Assembly: GCA_043732185.1 (NCBI GenBank)
Contig: JAYTHY010000136.1
Location: forward strand, 60,330 to 124,329
Source of the DNA: Fibrobacteria bacterium
GTDB lineage: Bacteria > Fibrobacterota > Fibrobacteria > UBA11236
Length of the DNA stretch: 64,000 nt
Reading direction: 5' to 3'
Positions within the stretch are counted from its first letter, which is position 1; each line of letters starts with the position of its first letter. The position numbers and the translations under genes are program-made. The notes beneath the pieces are model-generated. The model did not search any database, had not been told where the DNA came from, and worked only from the letters and a program-made list of their open reading frames with translations. Of this stretch, positions 19,420 through 31,297 are shown piece by piece.

Positions 19420-20433
19420 ATGCGACCTGGTTGGACGTCCCTCTACTTTTGCTGCGTATTGTCCCTTTTTTCAGCAGGCCATCACTTGTTCGCGGCGGAT
19501 AGCCAAGTGCGCTGGGTCACCCATGATGTAAGTCGTTTGCCCGACCCTGAAATTACGGCCATGACCATGGATGATTTAGGGAACAAATGGTTCGGGACAC
19601 ACAAAGGTCTTGCCAAGCTTTCAAAGTTTGGCGATTGGCAATCCTTTACCGTGGAGAACTCTTCGGGAGGATTGAAGGGAAATCGAATAACCGCCTTGGC
19701 TGTTGGGCAGGATAGGGAGCTTTGGGTGGCTACAGACGGGGGTGGGGTGAGTTTGCTTGCGAACGGGTCTTGGAAAAGTTTTACGCGTGAGAATACCTCC
19801 GGTGGGCTTCCCGACAACGGCGTGACTTCGTTGGCCATCGGCAAAGATGAAAAATGGTTCGGTACCCGAAATGGTTTCGCCATGCTACGAGGCTCGGCTT
19901 GGACCACGTATGCAGGGGAAAAGATTTCGGGACGGTTGCCTCAAAAAATTGTTACAGCCATTGCATTGGATTCCTCCGGAAACAAATGGATTGGCACTAT
20001 AGCTGGGTTGGTTCGTTTTAACGGTTCAAGTTGGACGTTGATGACCAAGGAAACCACTCAAGGAGGATTGCCCCATAACAGCATCACTTGCCTGGGAATA
20101 GGTCCCAAAAGCGAAGTATGGGTTGGAACTCAAATAGGATTGGCACGGCTAGTATCTGGTGCTTGGACATCTTACCAAGGTGACGCGGATTTATCTGAAA
20201 TGGGTCAGGAATTGGTTTACAGTTTGCGCCTAGACCCTGCAGGTGTGCTTTGGGCTTGCATCAAAGGTGGCGCGGCACGCTACGGGGGCGGGTCATGGAC
20301 CTTGTTTACGAAAAATAATTCTTCCGGAATTCAGACTCGGTATATTTACTCGGTTATGCCCGGGGATGTGGATGACGTCTGGTTTGGAACCCAAAAAGGG
20401 GTAACACAGAGGATTCCCGTACTCGAGGAGTAA
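19420..20433 (+). CDS. Secreted beta-propeller protein (two-component regulator propeller repeats)
   Basis: Signal peptide, then about 7 repeats of GLP.N.IT.LA.D..G.KW.GT..GL. Confidence 0.85.
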   Translation: MRPGWTSLYFCCVLSLFSAGHHLFAADSQVRWVTHDVSRLPDPEITAMTMDDLGNKWFGTHKGLAKLSKFGDWQSFTVENSSGGLKGNRITALAVGQDRELWVATDGGGVSLLANGSWKSFTRENTSGGLPDNGVTSLAIGKDEKWFGTRNGFAMLRGSAWTTYAGEKISGRLPQKIVTAIALDSSGNKWIGTIAGLVRFNGSSWTLMTKETTQGGLPHNSITCLGIGPKSEVWVGTQIGLARLVSGAWTSYQGDADLSEMGQELVYSLRLDPAGVLWACIKGGAARYGGGSWTLFTKNNSSGIQTRYIYSVMPGDVDDVWFGTQKGVTQRIPVLEE

Positions 20434-20469
20434 TCAAGCCTACTCAGACCTGATTTGACTTACTCAGGC

Positions 20470-21546
20470 CTAATCTACAGCAAAAAAACTGTACGCCATG
20501 GGCTGACTGCCATTCAATGTGCCGATTCCCTTGAAGGTTAAGACTTCACCACCCATATACCTTTTGATTGCCATCTTCGTAAATCCACTGAATTCATGCA
20601 AGGTGGATTGCTGAAGACGATCCGCACTTCTTTGTAAAAGTGATTTCCCATTTTCCATATAATCGATTTCCAGCGCAGTTGGAACCTTTACTCCCATGGT
20701 GTTGGACGCTGAGATGGCTTTGATATGGACTGGTTTGAGAAGGACTAGACCAGTTGGTGTTTGCCTTAATCCGTAACCGATAGGTTTCGACTCAAAATTG
20801 GAATTTGGGTTGAGTAAATAGCCCACTTCCAGCGTACCGGATTGGGAGATGTACCGGTAACCGGATTCCACCAGGCCCGGTGCCATGTCGGTTTGAAAAG
20901 TATGGTCCATATAGGCGAGGCCGCTTACCTTCAGTGTATCCGCATTAATGGCTAGGGTACCCGTAAATTTTGCCCTTGGAATATGGATGAAAATACCCAC
21001 CCCATTTGAGGACCCAAATTTAAACATACCGTCCCCCCAAACTTTTCCTTGTTCAATTTCCGTAAATTGAAGGTCAAGCCAATAGGAAACATCCTTTTTG
21101 CTTGTGGCAAAATGAACATGATGCGTTTGCGGCAGGTTTCCTTCAAACCAGATTTTCTCGTGCACACGGAGCTGGGAATTGGAATCTGTGAAAATGAAAT
21201 TCTTTTTTTCATATTCCCGTGCCACCGAATAATTGCGGCCTTTGAAGCCAAGCACGGTCAGGTCTGCACCGCAAACCGGCGATTTAAATGAACCAAGATT
21301 AACGCGGGAAAAATTCAAGCTAACCTGGATATTCCCATCTAGAAAAAGGTGATAGGTCCAGAATTCATTATAAGTCTTACTGCCGCTCGGATGTGGTTTT
21401 AGGTCGGCCAGCGTCGCATCGCGCAAGCCCGCGGTGGGTAGGGAAATTTGTTCCGCTGCTTGGGATGGGCCGAGTAAAATTGAAATTAAGGTTAAACAAA
21501 GGGTAGCCAGCATAGTCAGTTTAGAGTCAAGGATTGGATATTTCAT
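20470..21546 (-). CDS. Secreted AttH/CrtC-like (lipocalin-like) hypothetical protein
   Basis: Signal peptide, NEFWTY and GLAYMDHTF motifs, beta-rich sequence. Start at ATG 21546. Confidence 0.6.
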   Translation of the reverse strand: MKYPILDSKLTMLATLCLTLISILLGPSQAAEQISLPTAGLRDATLADLKPHPSGSKTYNEFWTYHLFLDGNIQVSLNFSRVNLGSFKSPVCGADLTVLGFKGRNYSVAREYEKKNFIFTDSNSQLRVHEKIWFEGNLPQTHHVHFATSKKDVSYWLDLQFTEIEQGKVWGDGMFKFGSSNGVGIFIHIPRAKFTGTLAINADTLKVSGLAYMDHTFQTDMAPGLVESGYRYISQSGTLEVGYLLNPNSNFESKPIGYGLRQTPTGLVLLKPVHIKAISASNTMGVKVPTALEIDYMENGKSLLQRSADRLQQSTLHEFSGFTKMAIKRYMGGEVLTFKGIGTLNGSQPMAYSFFAVD

Positions 21547-21605
21547 TCTATACCTAATGATACAAGGGTTTCTGGACGTTTGCCAATCCGTTTGACAAAC
21601 ATTTG

Positions 21606-22352
21606 TCAGCGGGTCAGGTGGTGAATCATCCACGTCCAAATTTGAGGCAGAGAATGCCAGGCGTTGGACAGGGAGTCTCCAAACCAGTGAAGAGACATTA
21701 AACCGCGAACCTTTAGCACTATTCCGAGGCCCATTAGCAAGAAAATAAAAACACTTATTGTGGAAAAAAGGAAGCCGTAGATGTGCAGATCGGTTTGCCG
21801 CCACCGAAATTCCCTCGACAAACGGTATGTAAACAACCCCATCATGAAAAAGATGAGCTTATTCCAACTGGCTTGCATTCCTGGCTGTACCAGAATACCC
21901 ATAAGCATCAAGAGCGTACACCATAGCGGCAGAAAATAGGGTGCAAGTGCAGCGAGGGGATTGGAGCCTAGTAATTGCACTTCGCCCCCGGTTTTGAGAG
22001 AGGCGGATAAGGATTGGGGTGGGGCAAGGGTAAGGTATCCAACCAGGGCATGGGTCAATTCATGTTCAAGGGTATCCACAAATTCAAATGGATCGTCCTT
22101 ATGAATACGGCCCATCAAATATCGGAATGCTATTCGAAAGGTGATACCCGCGATACACGCCAGCGCAAGTGGATGCCAAAGCGAACCCAAACCAAACCCG
22201 TTCAACCGAGCCGCATGCCAGAATCCGTTGGCCAAGGCCACGGCCAGAATGGTCAGGAAGGGAAGCAGGGCCCAGCGCAAGGCCATGCCGAGGAGTTGCG
22301 GCATCCAGCAAAGGATAGAAATACCGACCAGTGTTGAATATCTTTTATCCAA
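21606..22352 (-). CDS. M50B-like membrane metallopeptidase
   Basis: Multiple transmembrane segments, HELTH (HExxH), LAPYFLP and a downstream QTD. Confidence 0.7.
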   Translation of the reverse strand: MDKRYSTLVGISILCWMPQLLGMALRWALLPFLTILAVALANGFWHAARLNGFGLGSLWHPLALACIAGITFRIAFRYLMGRIHKDDPFEFVDTLEHELTHALVGYLTLAPPQSLSASLKTGGEVQLLGSNPLAALAPYFLPLWCTLLMLMGILVQPGMQASWNKLIFFMMGLFTYRLSREFRWRQTDLHIYGFLFSTISVFIFLLMGLGIVLKVRGLMSLHWFGDSLSNAWHSLPQIWTWMIHHLTR

Positions 22353-22370
22353 ACACTAAGCCTGGAGTAG

Positions 22371-23660
<1,290 letters not shown>

Positions 23661-23734
23661 GGGTGGCTACTTCCCAAGTCTGGGAGACCTAAAACAGGGG
23701 ATGGAGAGCTAAAGCAGGGAATTGGAAAAGGCGG

Positions 23735-25726
23735 TTATTTCTTGCCGCCTTTATCCTCTGCTTCCTCTCGAATTTTTGTCTTACGTTCCACACGTTTGAC
23801 TGCGTATTTGGTCACAATAGTTCCGTTGGTACCTCTAGCTCGAACTTCAAAATCTTCGAAGTTGACGGGTACCTCGGTCTTAATTCTTGGCTGCGGGATC
23901 AAGTGGACGATGACCTTGTCGGCCTGTCCCTCCGGCTGGACTTCCAAGAACCACACCTTGCTTTGTGCGCTACCCTTGGTCAAATCATACTGTTTGTCAC
24001 GGGTGATACCGCCGATTTGAAAGCGCTTAGCTAGGATGGCGCCACCGCGGCCGTCACGATAAAGCATGTTGTAAATAGTCTTGTCATCGCTGCGATCAAA
24101 TTTTTGTGCGGAAAGTATTTTGTTGCCCACGTAGTTTTTTTCACCCACTTTGGTTACGGCAAAAGTTCCGTCTTCCTTGAAGGCTATGATTTCATCTAGC
24201 GTGGAAAAATTATCGCCGATAAGTTCGCCGTCGCGGACCGATGTGCCGACAAAGCCGTTTTCCCTATCCATGTAAACTTTTAGATTGGACAGGATAACGT
24301 CAGAGGCATCGATGGCATCGAAGCGGGAAATTTTTGTCTTGCGCTCGCGGCCCTTGCCGTATTTGGACAGCAGGTTTTCATAATAGGAGATGGCATAACG
24401 TGTCAGGCCTTTGAGGTTTTTTTCCGTTTCCGCGATTTCTTTTTGGAGAACGATCATTTCTTCATCAGCCTTGAAGCCGTCAAATCGGGAAATGCGCTTG
24501 ATGCGGATTTCGGTGAGGCGGGTTAAGTCTTCCACCGTCACATCCCGCACAAATTGCTTGCGGAATGGTTTTAGACCTTTTTCAATCGTGTCCAGAATGG
24601 CTTCCCAAGTCTCGCACTTTTCAATCTGACGATAGATTCTCTCTTCGATAAAAACCTTTTCCAAAGATTTGTAATGCCACTTTTCCGACAAGTCATGGTT
24701 ACGGATTTCAAGTTCAGTTTTAAGCAACTTGACGGTATTCTGAACGCTGAGTTCCAATAATTCTGTGACGCCCAAAAAGACTGGTTTGTTTTCAAATATG
24801 ACACAACAATTGGGAGAGATGGAAATTTCGCAATCCGTAAACGCGTACATGGCATCGATAGCCTTGTCTGCGTCCGCACCGGGAGGAAGATGGACGACGA
24901 TGTCCACATTTTTAGCGGTCTTGTCTTCAATGCGTTTGATTTTGATTTTGCCCTTGTCATTGGCTGTGACAATGGAATCCATCAAGCTGCCGGTTGTGGT
25001 TCCGAAGGGAATTTCTGTAATCGCAAGGGTCCGAGGGTCTACTTGCACGATACGGGCCCGTACTTTTAATTTCCCTCCGCTTTGCCCATCATTATAATTG
25101 GAAGCATCGACAATGCCGCCCGTGGGGAAGTCCGGTAGCAGTTTGTATTTCTCTTTTTTCAGCACGGCAATGCAGCATTTGATGAGTTCGATGAAATTAT
25201 GCGGCAGAATCTTGGTGGCCAATCCCACCGCAATGCCTTCCGCACCCTGGGCTAGCACCAGAGGGAATTTCATGGGAAGGATCACTGGTTCCAGATTTCG
25301 ACCGTCGTAAGAGCGTTGCCACAATGTGGTGGCGGGATTAAAGGCCACTTCCAGGGCGAATTTGCTCAACTTGGTTTCAATATACCGGGCGGCAGCGGCG
25401 CTGTCCCCGGTCATGGGATCGCCCCAGTTTCCTTGCGTGTCGATGAGCAGATTTTTCTGGCCAAGATTGACCAAGGCATCGCCAATGGCGGCATCCCCGT
25501 GGGGATGATACTTCATGGTTTGCCCAATGATATTTGCCACCTTGTGGTAACGGCCATCCTCTTCTTCCCGTAGGGAATGCAGGATGCGGCGTTGCACGGG
25601 TTTTAATCCGTCGGCTAAATGGGGGACGGCCCGGTCCGTGATAACATAGGACGCATAGTCCAGGAAGTACTCCTTGTACATGTCCTGAACATGGGGAATA
25701 TGATCTTTCAAAGTATTGGAAGCCAT
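23735..25726 (-). CDS. parC: Type IIA topoisomerase subunit A (topoisomerase IV-like, short C-terminal domain)
   Basis: DGLKPVQRRIL, YHPHGD and catalytic AAARYIE. 663 aa; no GyrA-box seen. Confidence 0.9.
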   Translation of the reverse strand: MASNTLKDHIPHVQDMYKEYFLDYASYVITDRAVPHLADGLKPVQRRILHSLREEEDGRYHKVANIIGQTMKYHPHGDAAIGDALVNLGQKNLLIDTQGNWGDPMTGDSAAAARYIETKLSKFALEVAFNPATTLWQRSYDGRNLEPVILPMKFPLVLAQGAEGIAVGLATKILPHNFIELIKCCIAVLKKEKYKLLPDFPTGGIVDASNYNDGQSGGKLKVRARIVQVDPRTLAITEIPFGTTTGSLMDSIVTANDKGKIKIKRIEDKTAKNVDIVVHLPPGADADKAIDAMYAFTDCEISISPNCCVIFENKPVFLGVTELLELSVQNTVKLLKTELEIRNHDLSEKWHYKSLEKVFIEERIYRQIEKCETWEAILDTIEKGLKPFRKQFVRDVTVEDLTRLTEIRIKRISRFDGFKADEEMIVLQKEIAETEKNLKGLTRYAISYYENLLSKYGKGRERKTKISRFDAIDASDVILSNLKVYMDRENGFVGTSVRDGELIGDNFSTLDEIIAFKEDGTFAVTKVGEKNYVGNKILSAQKFDRSDDKTIYNMLYRDGRGGAILAKRFQIGGITRDKQYDLTKGSAQSKVWFLEVQPEGQADKVIVHLIPQPRIKTEVPVNFEDFEVRARGTNGTIVTKYAVKRVERKTKIREEAEDKGGKK

Positions 25727-25728
25727 TT

Positions 25729-27699
25729 TTAGGTCTCTACCTTCTCTACCTTCTCGGCATTTTCTCTACCCGCGCGGCTTTCAGCCACCAGCAGGGCGGC
25801 GTCTTCAACCACATCTTCTTCCATGCGCAGATTTTCCATAATGAAATCGCGTCGGGCCGGGGTGTTTTTGCCCATATAGTATTCCAGGATTTCGCTTACC
25901 TTGGTATCGCCGTGGAGGACTACCGGTTCCAGCCGCATATCCTTACCGATAAAACCTTCGAACTCGCCCGGTGAGATTTCACCCAAGCCTTTAAAACGGG
26001 TGATTTCGGAATTGCGGCCGAGTTTATTCAGGGCCGATTCTTTTTCGACTTCACTGTAACAATACAGCGTTTCTTTTTTGGTGCGCACTCGGAACAAAGG
26101 CGTTTGTAACACATACACGTGACCACGCGCGATCAGTTCCGGAAAGAACTGCAATAAAAAAGTGAGCAGCAACAGACGAATATGGGCACCATCCACATCG
26201 GCATCCGTTGCCACGATAATTCGGTTATAGCGCAGTTCTTCTAAGCCTTCTTCGATATTGAGTGCATGCTGCAACAAGTTGAATTCTTCATTCTCGTAGA
26301 CAACTTTTTTCGACATACCATAGCAGTTCAGGGGTTTGCCCTTTAAGGAAAAAACCGCTTGCAGATTGACGTCGCGCGCTTTGGTAATTGAACCGGATGC
26401 CGAGTCGCCCTCGGTGATGAAAATCGAAGAGTCTTCCCGACGCTTGTGGTTGGTATTCCAATGGACATTGCAGTCGCGCAATTTTTTATTGTGCAGGCTG
26501 GCCTTCTTGGCGCGCTCGTTGGCCAAACGTCGGATGCCGGCCATGTCCTTGCGCTCGCGCTCGCTTTGTTGGATCTTGGCCAACATCTCCTTGGCGGTGT
26601 CCGGATTTTTATGGAGATATTGCTCCAAGTTTTTGCGTACGAATTCGACGATCCAAGTACGCAGCGGACTGCCTTTTTCATCATAGGTCGTTGAACCGAG
26701 TTTGGTTTTAGTCTGCGACTCAAAAATGGGCTCGTGCATGCGAATGGAAATGGCCCCGACAATAGAGGCGCGCACATCCGACGCTTCGAATTCTTTTTTA
26801 TAAAAATCTTTACACGCCCGAATAATGCCTTCCCGGAAGGCAGCGAGATGGGTTCCACCCTCGGTAGTGAATTGTCCATTGACAAAGGAGAAGTAGCGCT
26901 CGCCATAGGAGTTGTCATGGGTCAGGGACGCTTCCAAATCAGCATCCTTGAAATGGATGATTGGGTAGCGCTTGGTGGTGTCGGTATGCCGGGTGAGCAG
27001 GTCCAGCAGCCCATTCTTGGAAAGAAATTTTTGTCCGTTAAAATTAATGGTCAAACCGGCATTCAAGTAGACATAGTACCAGATGCGATCTTCAATGAAC
27101 TCGGATACCCAAGCAAACTTATGGAAAAGTTCCGGATCCGGCGTGAAACTCATCAACGTGCCGTTCGGTTCCTGGGTGGCTTTTTCTTTTTCTTCTATTT
27201 TGAGGGACCCCTTGGCAAAGGTTGCGCATTTGGTGCGACCGTCCCGAAAAGACTGCACTTTAAAATGCGCGGACAAGGCATTGACCGCTTTGGAGCCGAC
27301 GCCGTTTAGCCCCACCGATTTCTTGAATGCATCGCCATCGTATTTTCCGCCGGTATTGATTTTGGAAACGCAGTCGATGACTTTTCCTAGTGGAATACCT
27401 CGGCCATAGTCCCTGACCGTAATCGTCCCGTCGTCGGCAATGGAAATGTCGATTTGCTTTCCGGCCCCCATAACGTATTCGTCGATGGAGTTGTCGACGA
27501 TTTCCTTAAAAAGGACATAGATGCCGTCATCATGCGCGGAGCCATTGCCCAACTTGCCGATATACATGCCTGGCCGTAGCCGAATGTGCTCGATCCAATC
27601 GAGCGACTTGATGCTGTCATCGTCATATTTTCCGCGTGCGTCCGCTCCCTTTTCGCTGGGGTTTTCCTTTTTCGCTGCGCGAGCTGCGGGTTTGGCCAT
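25729..27699 (-). CDS. parE: Type IIA topoisomerase subunit B (topoisomerase IV-like)
   Basis: [40 protein letters not shown] and RFKGLGE. Confidence 0.92.
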   Translation of the reverse strand: MAKPAARAAKKENPSEKGADARGKYDDDSIKSLDWIEHIRLRPGMYIGKLGNGSAHDDGIYVLFKEIVDNSIDEYVMGAGKQIDISIADDGTITVRDYGRGIPLGKVIDCVSKINTGGKYDGDAFKKSVGLNGVGSKAVNALSAHFKVQSFRDGRTKCATFAKGSLKIEEKEKATQEPNGTLMSFTPDPELFHKFAWVSEFIEDRIWYYVYLNAGLTINFNGQKFLSKNGLLDLLTRHTDTTKRYPIIHFKDADLEASLTHDNSYGERYFSFVNGQFTTEGGTHLAAFREGIIRACKDFYKKEFEASDVRASIVGAISIRMHEPIFESQTKTKLGSTTYDEKGSPLRTWIVEFVRKNLEQYLHKNPDTAKEMLAKIQQSERERKDMAGIRRLANERAKKASLHNKKLRDCNVHWNTNHKRREDSSIFITEGDSASGSITKARDVNLQAVFSLKGKPLNCYGMSKKVVYENEEFNLLQHALNIEEGLEELRYNRIIVATDADVDGAHIRLLLLTFLLQFFPELIARGHVYVLQTPLFRVRTKKETLYCYSEVEKESALNKLGRNSEITRFKGLGEISPGEFEGFIGKDMRLEPVVLHGDTKVSEILEYYMGKNTPARRDFIMENLRMEEDVVEDAALLVAESRAGRENAEKVEKVET

Positions 27700-27811
27700 T
27701 TCGGTAATTCCTCGTTCGTTCCTAATTACTGCTCAAATGAACAGCGCCATCCATTTAGGCATAATATCATACCACTTTAGCCTGGCTGTCAATTCTGGCA
27801 AAGAATGGGTA

Positions 27812-28543
27812 TTAGCGGCCAGCGGAAAATATCTGATATTGAAATTCCAGGCCGCCGCGTTCATTTCCATGCGAAGCCAGAATGTCCAAAACGGTGGCGC
27901 TGGTTAATTCCGGCAGGGGCGCATCGTCGTAAAAAACCACGAATTGGGCTGGAATCGCCTGTGTATTTTCAATTGTACCTGATGCGGACGTTTGATTCTT
28001 CAAACAAAAAACTGGTTTTGCGGATGCTTTCCCATAGGTCTGATCGACACTATTTTGCAAAAGCGGGACAACGTGTGCGTCCGGTCCACGACCATAAACA
28101 GCCATGATAACGACATGATACTGGCCAGAATCGCGAATGGAAATGGACAGGCTGTCTGCTGCTTGATATCCCGCGTCTAAATATCGCCAACCGTTTTTGG
28201 AATTGTACAGGAGTTCGATCGAGGAGCCGTTGCCACCACTCATGGTAAAAGTGGAGTTTTCACCGGGCCGCGAAAACCAGTGCCGGGTAACCATCAGTAC
28301 CACCATAAGCATCAGTAAGGCGGGCAGGAGAGTGGTATACCGGGTGCGACTGCCACGGCGCGTCTGCCGCTCCAGCAGGACTCTTTGCCACGTGGGTTTG
28401 CCGAGCACTTGGCTTTGGTTTTTCAGAACCTCCAAACGCGCTTGCATATCTGGATTTTTCGCCAATAGCTTTTCAACTTCTTCCGATTCCTTATCGGAAA
28501 GCATTCCTTCTAAATATTTGTGCAAGTGAAGGTCGGTTAACAT
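27812..28543 (-). CDS. Anti-sigma-factor-like single-pass membrane protein
   Basis: N-terminal LHKYLEGMLS..E..EVEKLL (anti-sigma-like), one transmembrane helix (LLPALLMLMVVLMV), then an extracytoplasmic domain. Confidence 0.6.
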   Translation of the reverse strand: MLTDLHLHKYLEGMLSDKESEEVEKLLAKNPDMQARLEVLKNQSQVLGKPTWQRVLLERQTRRGSRTRYTTLLPALLMLMVVLMVTRHWFSRPGENSTFTMSGGNGSSIELLYNSKNGWRYLDAGYQAADSLSISIRDSGQYHVVIMAVYGRGPDAHVVPLLQNSVDQTYGKASAKPVFCLKNQTSASGTIENTQAIPAQFVVFYDDAPLPELTSATVLDILASHGNERGGLEFQYQIFSAGR

Positions 28544-28546
28544 GGA

Positions 28547-29551
28547 TTAGGCCAGTCGTTCAGCAATTTCCATGGCCGCATAGGTTAGAATGGCATCAGC
28601 TCCGGCGCGATGGATGCAGATAAGGGATTCTAGCATGGCGGCATCGGCATCGAGCCAGCCCAGTTGGCCTGCGGCTTTGATCATGGCATATTCGCCACTA
28701 ACGTGATAGGCAGCCACCGGTACATTCACAGCGGCTTTGATCGCGGCGATGACATCGAGATAAGCCAGAGCCGGTTTCACCATCACCAGATCGGCTCCCT
28801 CTTGGACATCCAGTTCCGCCTCCAGCAAGGCCTCCCGCCGATTGGCCGGATCCATTTGATAGGTTTTTTTATCACCATGTTTCGGTGCGGAATCGAGTGC
28901 TTCGCGAAAGGGACCATAAAATGCGGATGCGTACTTGGCCGTGTAGGCTAGAATGCCAATTTCCGAAAACCCAGCACTATCCAAAGCGTCCCGGAGGTAG
29001 CCGACCCGGCCATCCATCATGTCCGAAGGGGCAACCATATCCGCTCCCGCCTTGGCTTGCGCTAAGGCCATCGCGGCAAGAATCGGCAGCGTGGCGTCAT
29101 TCAAAATTTTGCCTTTGACTACCAGTCCATCGTGGCCATCGCTGGAATACGGATCCATCGCAACGTCGGTGATTACTGTGAGTTCCGGCAAGGCCGATTT
29201 TAAATCAGAAATGGTTTTTTGCAGCAACCCATCTTGTTTTGCTGATGCCGACGCATAGGCGTCCTTGAGCTTTTCCGGAATCAGAGGAAAAAGGGCTACC
29301 GTGCTAATGCCTAGCGACAAGGCGTGTTTGGCCTCTTTGAGAATAAGGTCTCGGCTCAGTCTGGCGACACCGGGCATGGAGCGAATGGGTGTGCGCGCAT
29401 TTTTGCCCTCGGTTATAAAAAGAGGGAGGATAAAATGGGCCGGAGTCAATTCCGTTTCGCGCACCAGGGCTCGTAAAGCCGGGGAGCGGCGATTGCGTCG
29501 TGGCCGCCTAGGTAGGGAAACATCGGGTACCATTGGCTTTTTCGCGTTCAT
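28547..29551 (-). CDS. hemB: Porphobilinogen synthase (Cys-less, Mg-type)
   Basis: RRPRRNR, DPYSSDGHDG, SDMMDGR, YASAFYGPFR, MVKPA and AYHVSGEY. Confidence 0.97.
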   Translation of the reverse strand: MNAKKPMVPDVSLPRRPRRNRRSPALRALVRETELTPAHFILPLFITEGKNARTPIRSMPGVARLSRDLILKEAKHALSLGISTVALFPLIPEKLKDAYASASAKQDGLLQKTISDLKSALPELTVITDVAMDPYSSDGHDGLVVKGKILNDATLPILAAMALAQAKAGADMVAPSDMMDGRVGYLRDALDSAGFSEIGILAYTAKYASAFYGPFREALDSAPKHGDKKTYQMDPANRREALLEAELDVQEGADLVMVKPALAYLDVIAAIKAAVNVPVAAYHVSGEYAMIKAAGQLGWLDADAAMLESLICIHRAGADAILTYAAMEIAERLA

Positions 29552-29937
29552 AGGTTCTCCCTGATTTTCTGCGCAAGGGCGGTTTGTTCTATAGGATTAG
29601 CTGCCTGTGCTCGACTGAAGCTGAGTTCGCCTTCGCTCTGAATGGGTACCAGATGAAGATGGGCATGCGGCACTTCAAAACCGGCCACAAGTAGTCCGAT
29701 ACGCCGGCATGGGACACTTTTTTTTAGAGCACGTGCGATAATTTTTGCAAACGGTAATGCGGAGGCGAGAAGTTCATCACTCAGGGCAAACAATTCATCG
29801 ACTTCCAACTTAGGAACGACAAGTGTGTGCCCCGGATTAATGGGACGGATGTCGAGAAAGGCGAAGTATCGATCGTCCTCGAGGATTTTTTCGCAGGGGA
29901 TTTCCCCTTTGATGATACGGGAAAATAGGGATGGCAT
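29548..29937 (-). CDS. HIT family nucleotide hydrolase
   Basis: FSRIIKGEIP, FLDIRP..GHTLVVPK and EVPHAHLHLVP (histidine triad). Confidence 0.93.
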   Translation of the reverse strand: MPSLFSRIIKGEIPCEKILEDDRYFAFLDIRPINPGHTLVVPKLEVDELFALSDELLASALPFAKIIARALKKSVPCRRIGLLVAGFEVPHAHLHLVPIQSEGELSFSRAQAANPIEQTALAQKIRENL

Positions 29938-29951
29938 TTCGCCCCCTGGCT

Positions 29952-30134
29952 TTATTTCACTTCGCGGTGAAGCGTATGTTTCCGCATAAAGGGATTGTAC
30001 TTCTTCTTTTCAATGCGACCCGATTGCTTGGATTTGTTCTTAGTCGTCATATAGCGTGAAGGGGGAACGCCTGCGGCGCGGGCTTCGGTGCATTCGAGGG
30101 TGACTACGACCCTTTTTCCTTTAATCTGCGGCAT
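29952..30134 (-). CDS. rpmG: 50S ribosomal protein L33
   Basis: [26 protein letters not shown], with an AAGGAG Shine-Dalgarno upstream. Confidence 0.95.
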   Translation of the reverse strand: MPQIKGKRVVVTLECTEARAAGVPPSRYMTTKNKSKQSGRIEKKKYNPFMRKHTLHREVK

Positions 30135-30224
30135 GGCTGAACTCCTTGGTGAGAATAAAAAAACCGTCTACGACACAGGTGTCCATTTGGCTTTATTCTC
30201 GAACGGGGGTTAAAATAGCTCGAA

Positions 30225-30253
30225 TTGACAGGTTTTCCAAGCAATTGTATAAG
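30225..30253 (+). promoter_or_regulatory. Sigma70-type promoter upstream of the panE-like gene
   Basis: TTGACA-N17-TATAAG, about 90 bp before the ATG. Confidence 0.65.
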
Positions 30254-30343
30254 AGTCGACCATTTTTTACGGGCTGCAGAAGGCTTTTCCTGTCCAAAAC
30301 CGGGTAAATATGCACTTTTTGTCCACTTTGAAAGAGGAGACAT

Positions 30344-31297
30344 ATGTCGAGGATTGCCATTTTAGGCACTGGCGCAGTTGGCGGGTATTACGGTGGACTG
30401 TTGGCGCGGTCCGGTCAAGATGTGCATTTCCTGCTCACGACGGACTATACCCATGTGAAAAACCATGGACTTCGAGTGGATTCCGTTCTTGGCAATTTCC
30501 ATTTGGACTTGGTTAATGCCTATCAGGATGCTCCATCCATGCCTAAATGTGATATAGCCGTTCTGGCTTGGAAAACCACGGACAATCCGCAGCTTAAAAA
30601 AATTCTGCCCCTGATTTTAAAACCAGGAGGAATGGTGCTGGTGCTCCAGAACGGTCTTAACCCGGAGCAGGACGTTGCCACTTTGGTTCCTGATGCGACC
30701 GTTATCGGAGGAATGTGCTTTTTGTGCGCACGCAAGGAAGGTCCGGGTTGGATCCGTCACTTGTCCAATGGCGCTATTACATTGGCAGAGTATGTCTCCG
30801 GAAACACTCCGGCGGCAGGAGTAACCGATGCGATGCGCGTCTTGCAGCAAGCCTTTGAACTAGCCGGTGTTGAGATCCGTTTGCAACCGGATTGGCGCGT
30901 AGCCAGATGGACAAAACTTGTTTGGAACATTCCTTTTAACGGGTTGTGCACAGTTCTGAATGCCAACACCTCGCAATTGCTACAGCATCCGCTTATGCGA
31001 AAATTGATTGCCCAATTAATGGGTGAAGTAACAATGGGTGCCAAGGCTTGCGGTGTTGTCCTGCCTGAAAATACCATTGAAAAAATGTTGGCCAATACAG
31101 ATGCGATGGATGCCTATGAACCCAGCATGAAATTGGATTTTTCTGCTGGCCGTCCCATGGAGCTAGAGGCTATTTACGCAAGGCCCTGCCAGGCTATTTT
31201 AAATGCTGGTGGAACGGCCCCGAGGATTGAAGCGTTGCTGGCGCAGTTACACTGTATGGAAGCTATTCGAATTTCAGTAAACGGCTATCGGGTTTAA
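30344..31297 (+). CDS. panE: 2-dehydropantoate 2-reductase family protein
   Basis: GTGAVGGYYG, LQNGL, WTKLVWNIPFN and PSMKLD...RPMELEAI. GAGGAG Shine-Dalgarno. Confidence 0.9.
   Translation: MSRIAILGTGAVGGYYGGLLARSGQDVHFLLTTDYTHVKNHGLRVDSVLGNFHLDLVNAYQDAPSMPKCDIAVLAWKTTDNPQLKKILPLILKPGGMVLVLQNGLNPEQDVATLVPDATVIGGMCFLCARKEGPGWIRHLSNGAITLAEYVSGNTPAAGVTDAMRVLQQAFELAGVEIRLQPDWRVARWTKLVWNIPFNGLCTVLNANTSQLLQHPLMRKLIAQLMGEVTMGAKACGVVLPENTIEKMLANTDAMDAYEPSMKLDFSAGRPMELEAIYARPCQAILNAGGTAPRIEALLAQLHCMEAIRISVNGYRV

Noticed and set aside
19420..20433. Periodic repeats as a possible CRISPR or nucleotide repeat array
   Set aside because: The repeats are protein-level propeller blades with degenerate DNA. 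No constant repeat-spacer structure and no cas genes.
23670..23686. Hairpin after eno as a terminator
   Set aside because: Short stem with no U-tract.
23735..27699. Annotation as gyrA/gyrB
   Set aside because: The short A-subunit C-terminal domain without a visible GyrA-box fits a topoisomerase IV-like pair better. A phylogeny would settle it.
27766..27792. Minus-strand TTGACA...TATGAT promoter for parE
   Set aside because: The spacer is only 15 bp. Plausible as an extended -10 element but too uncertain to call.
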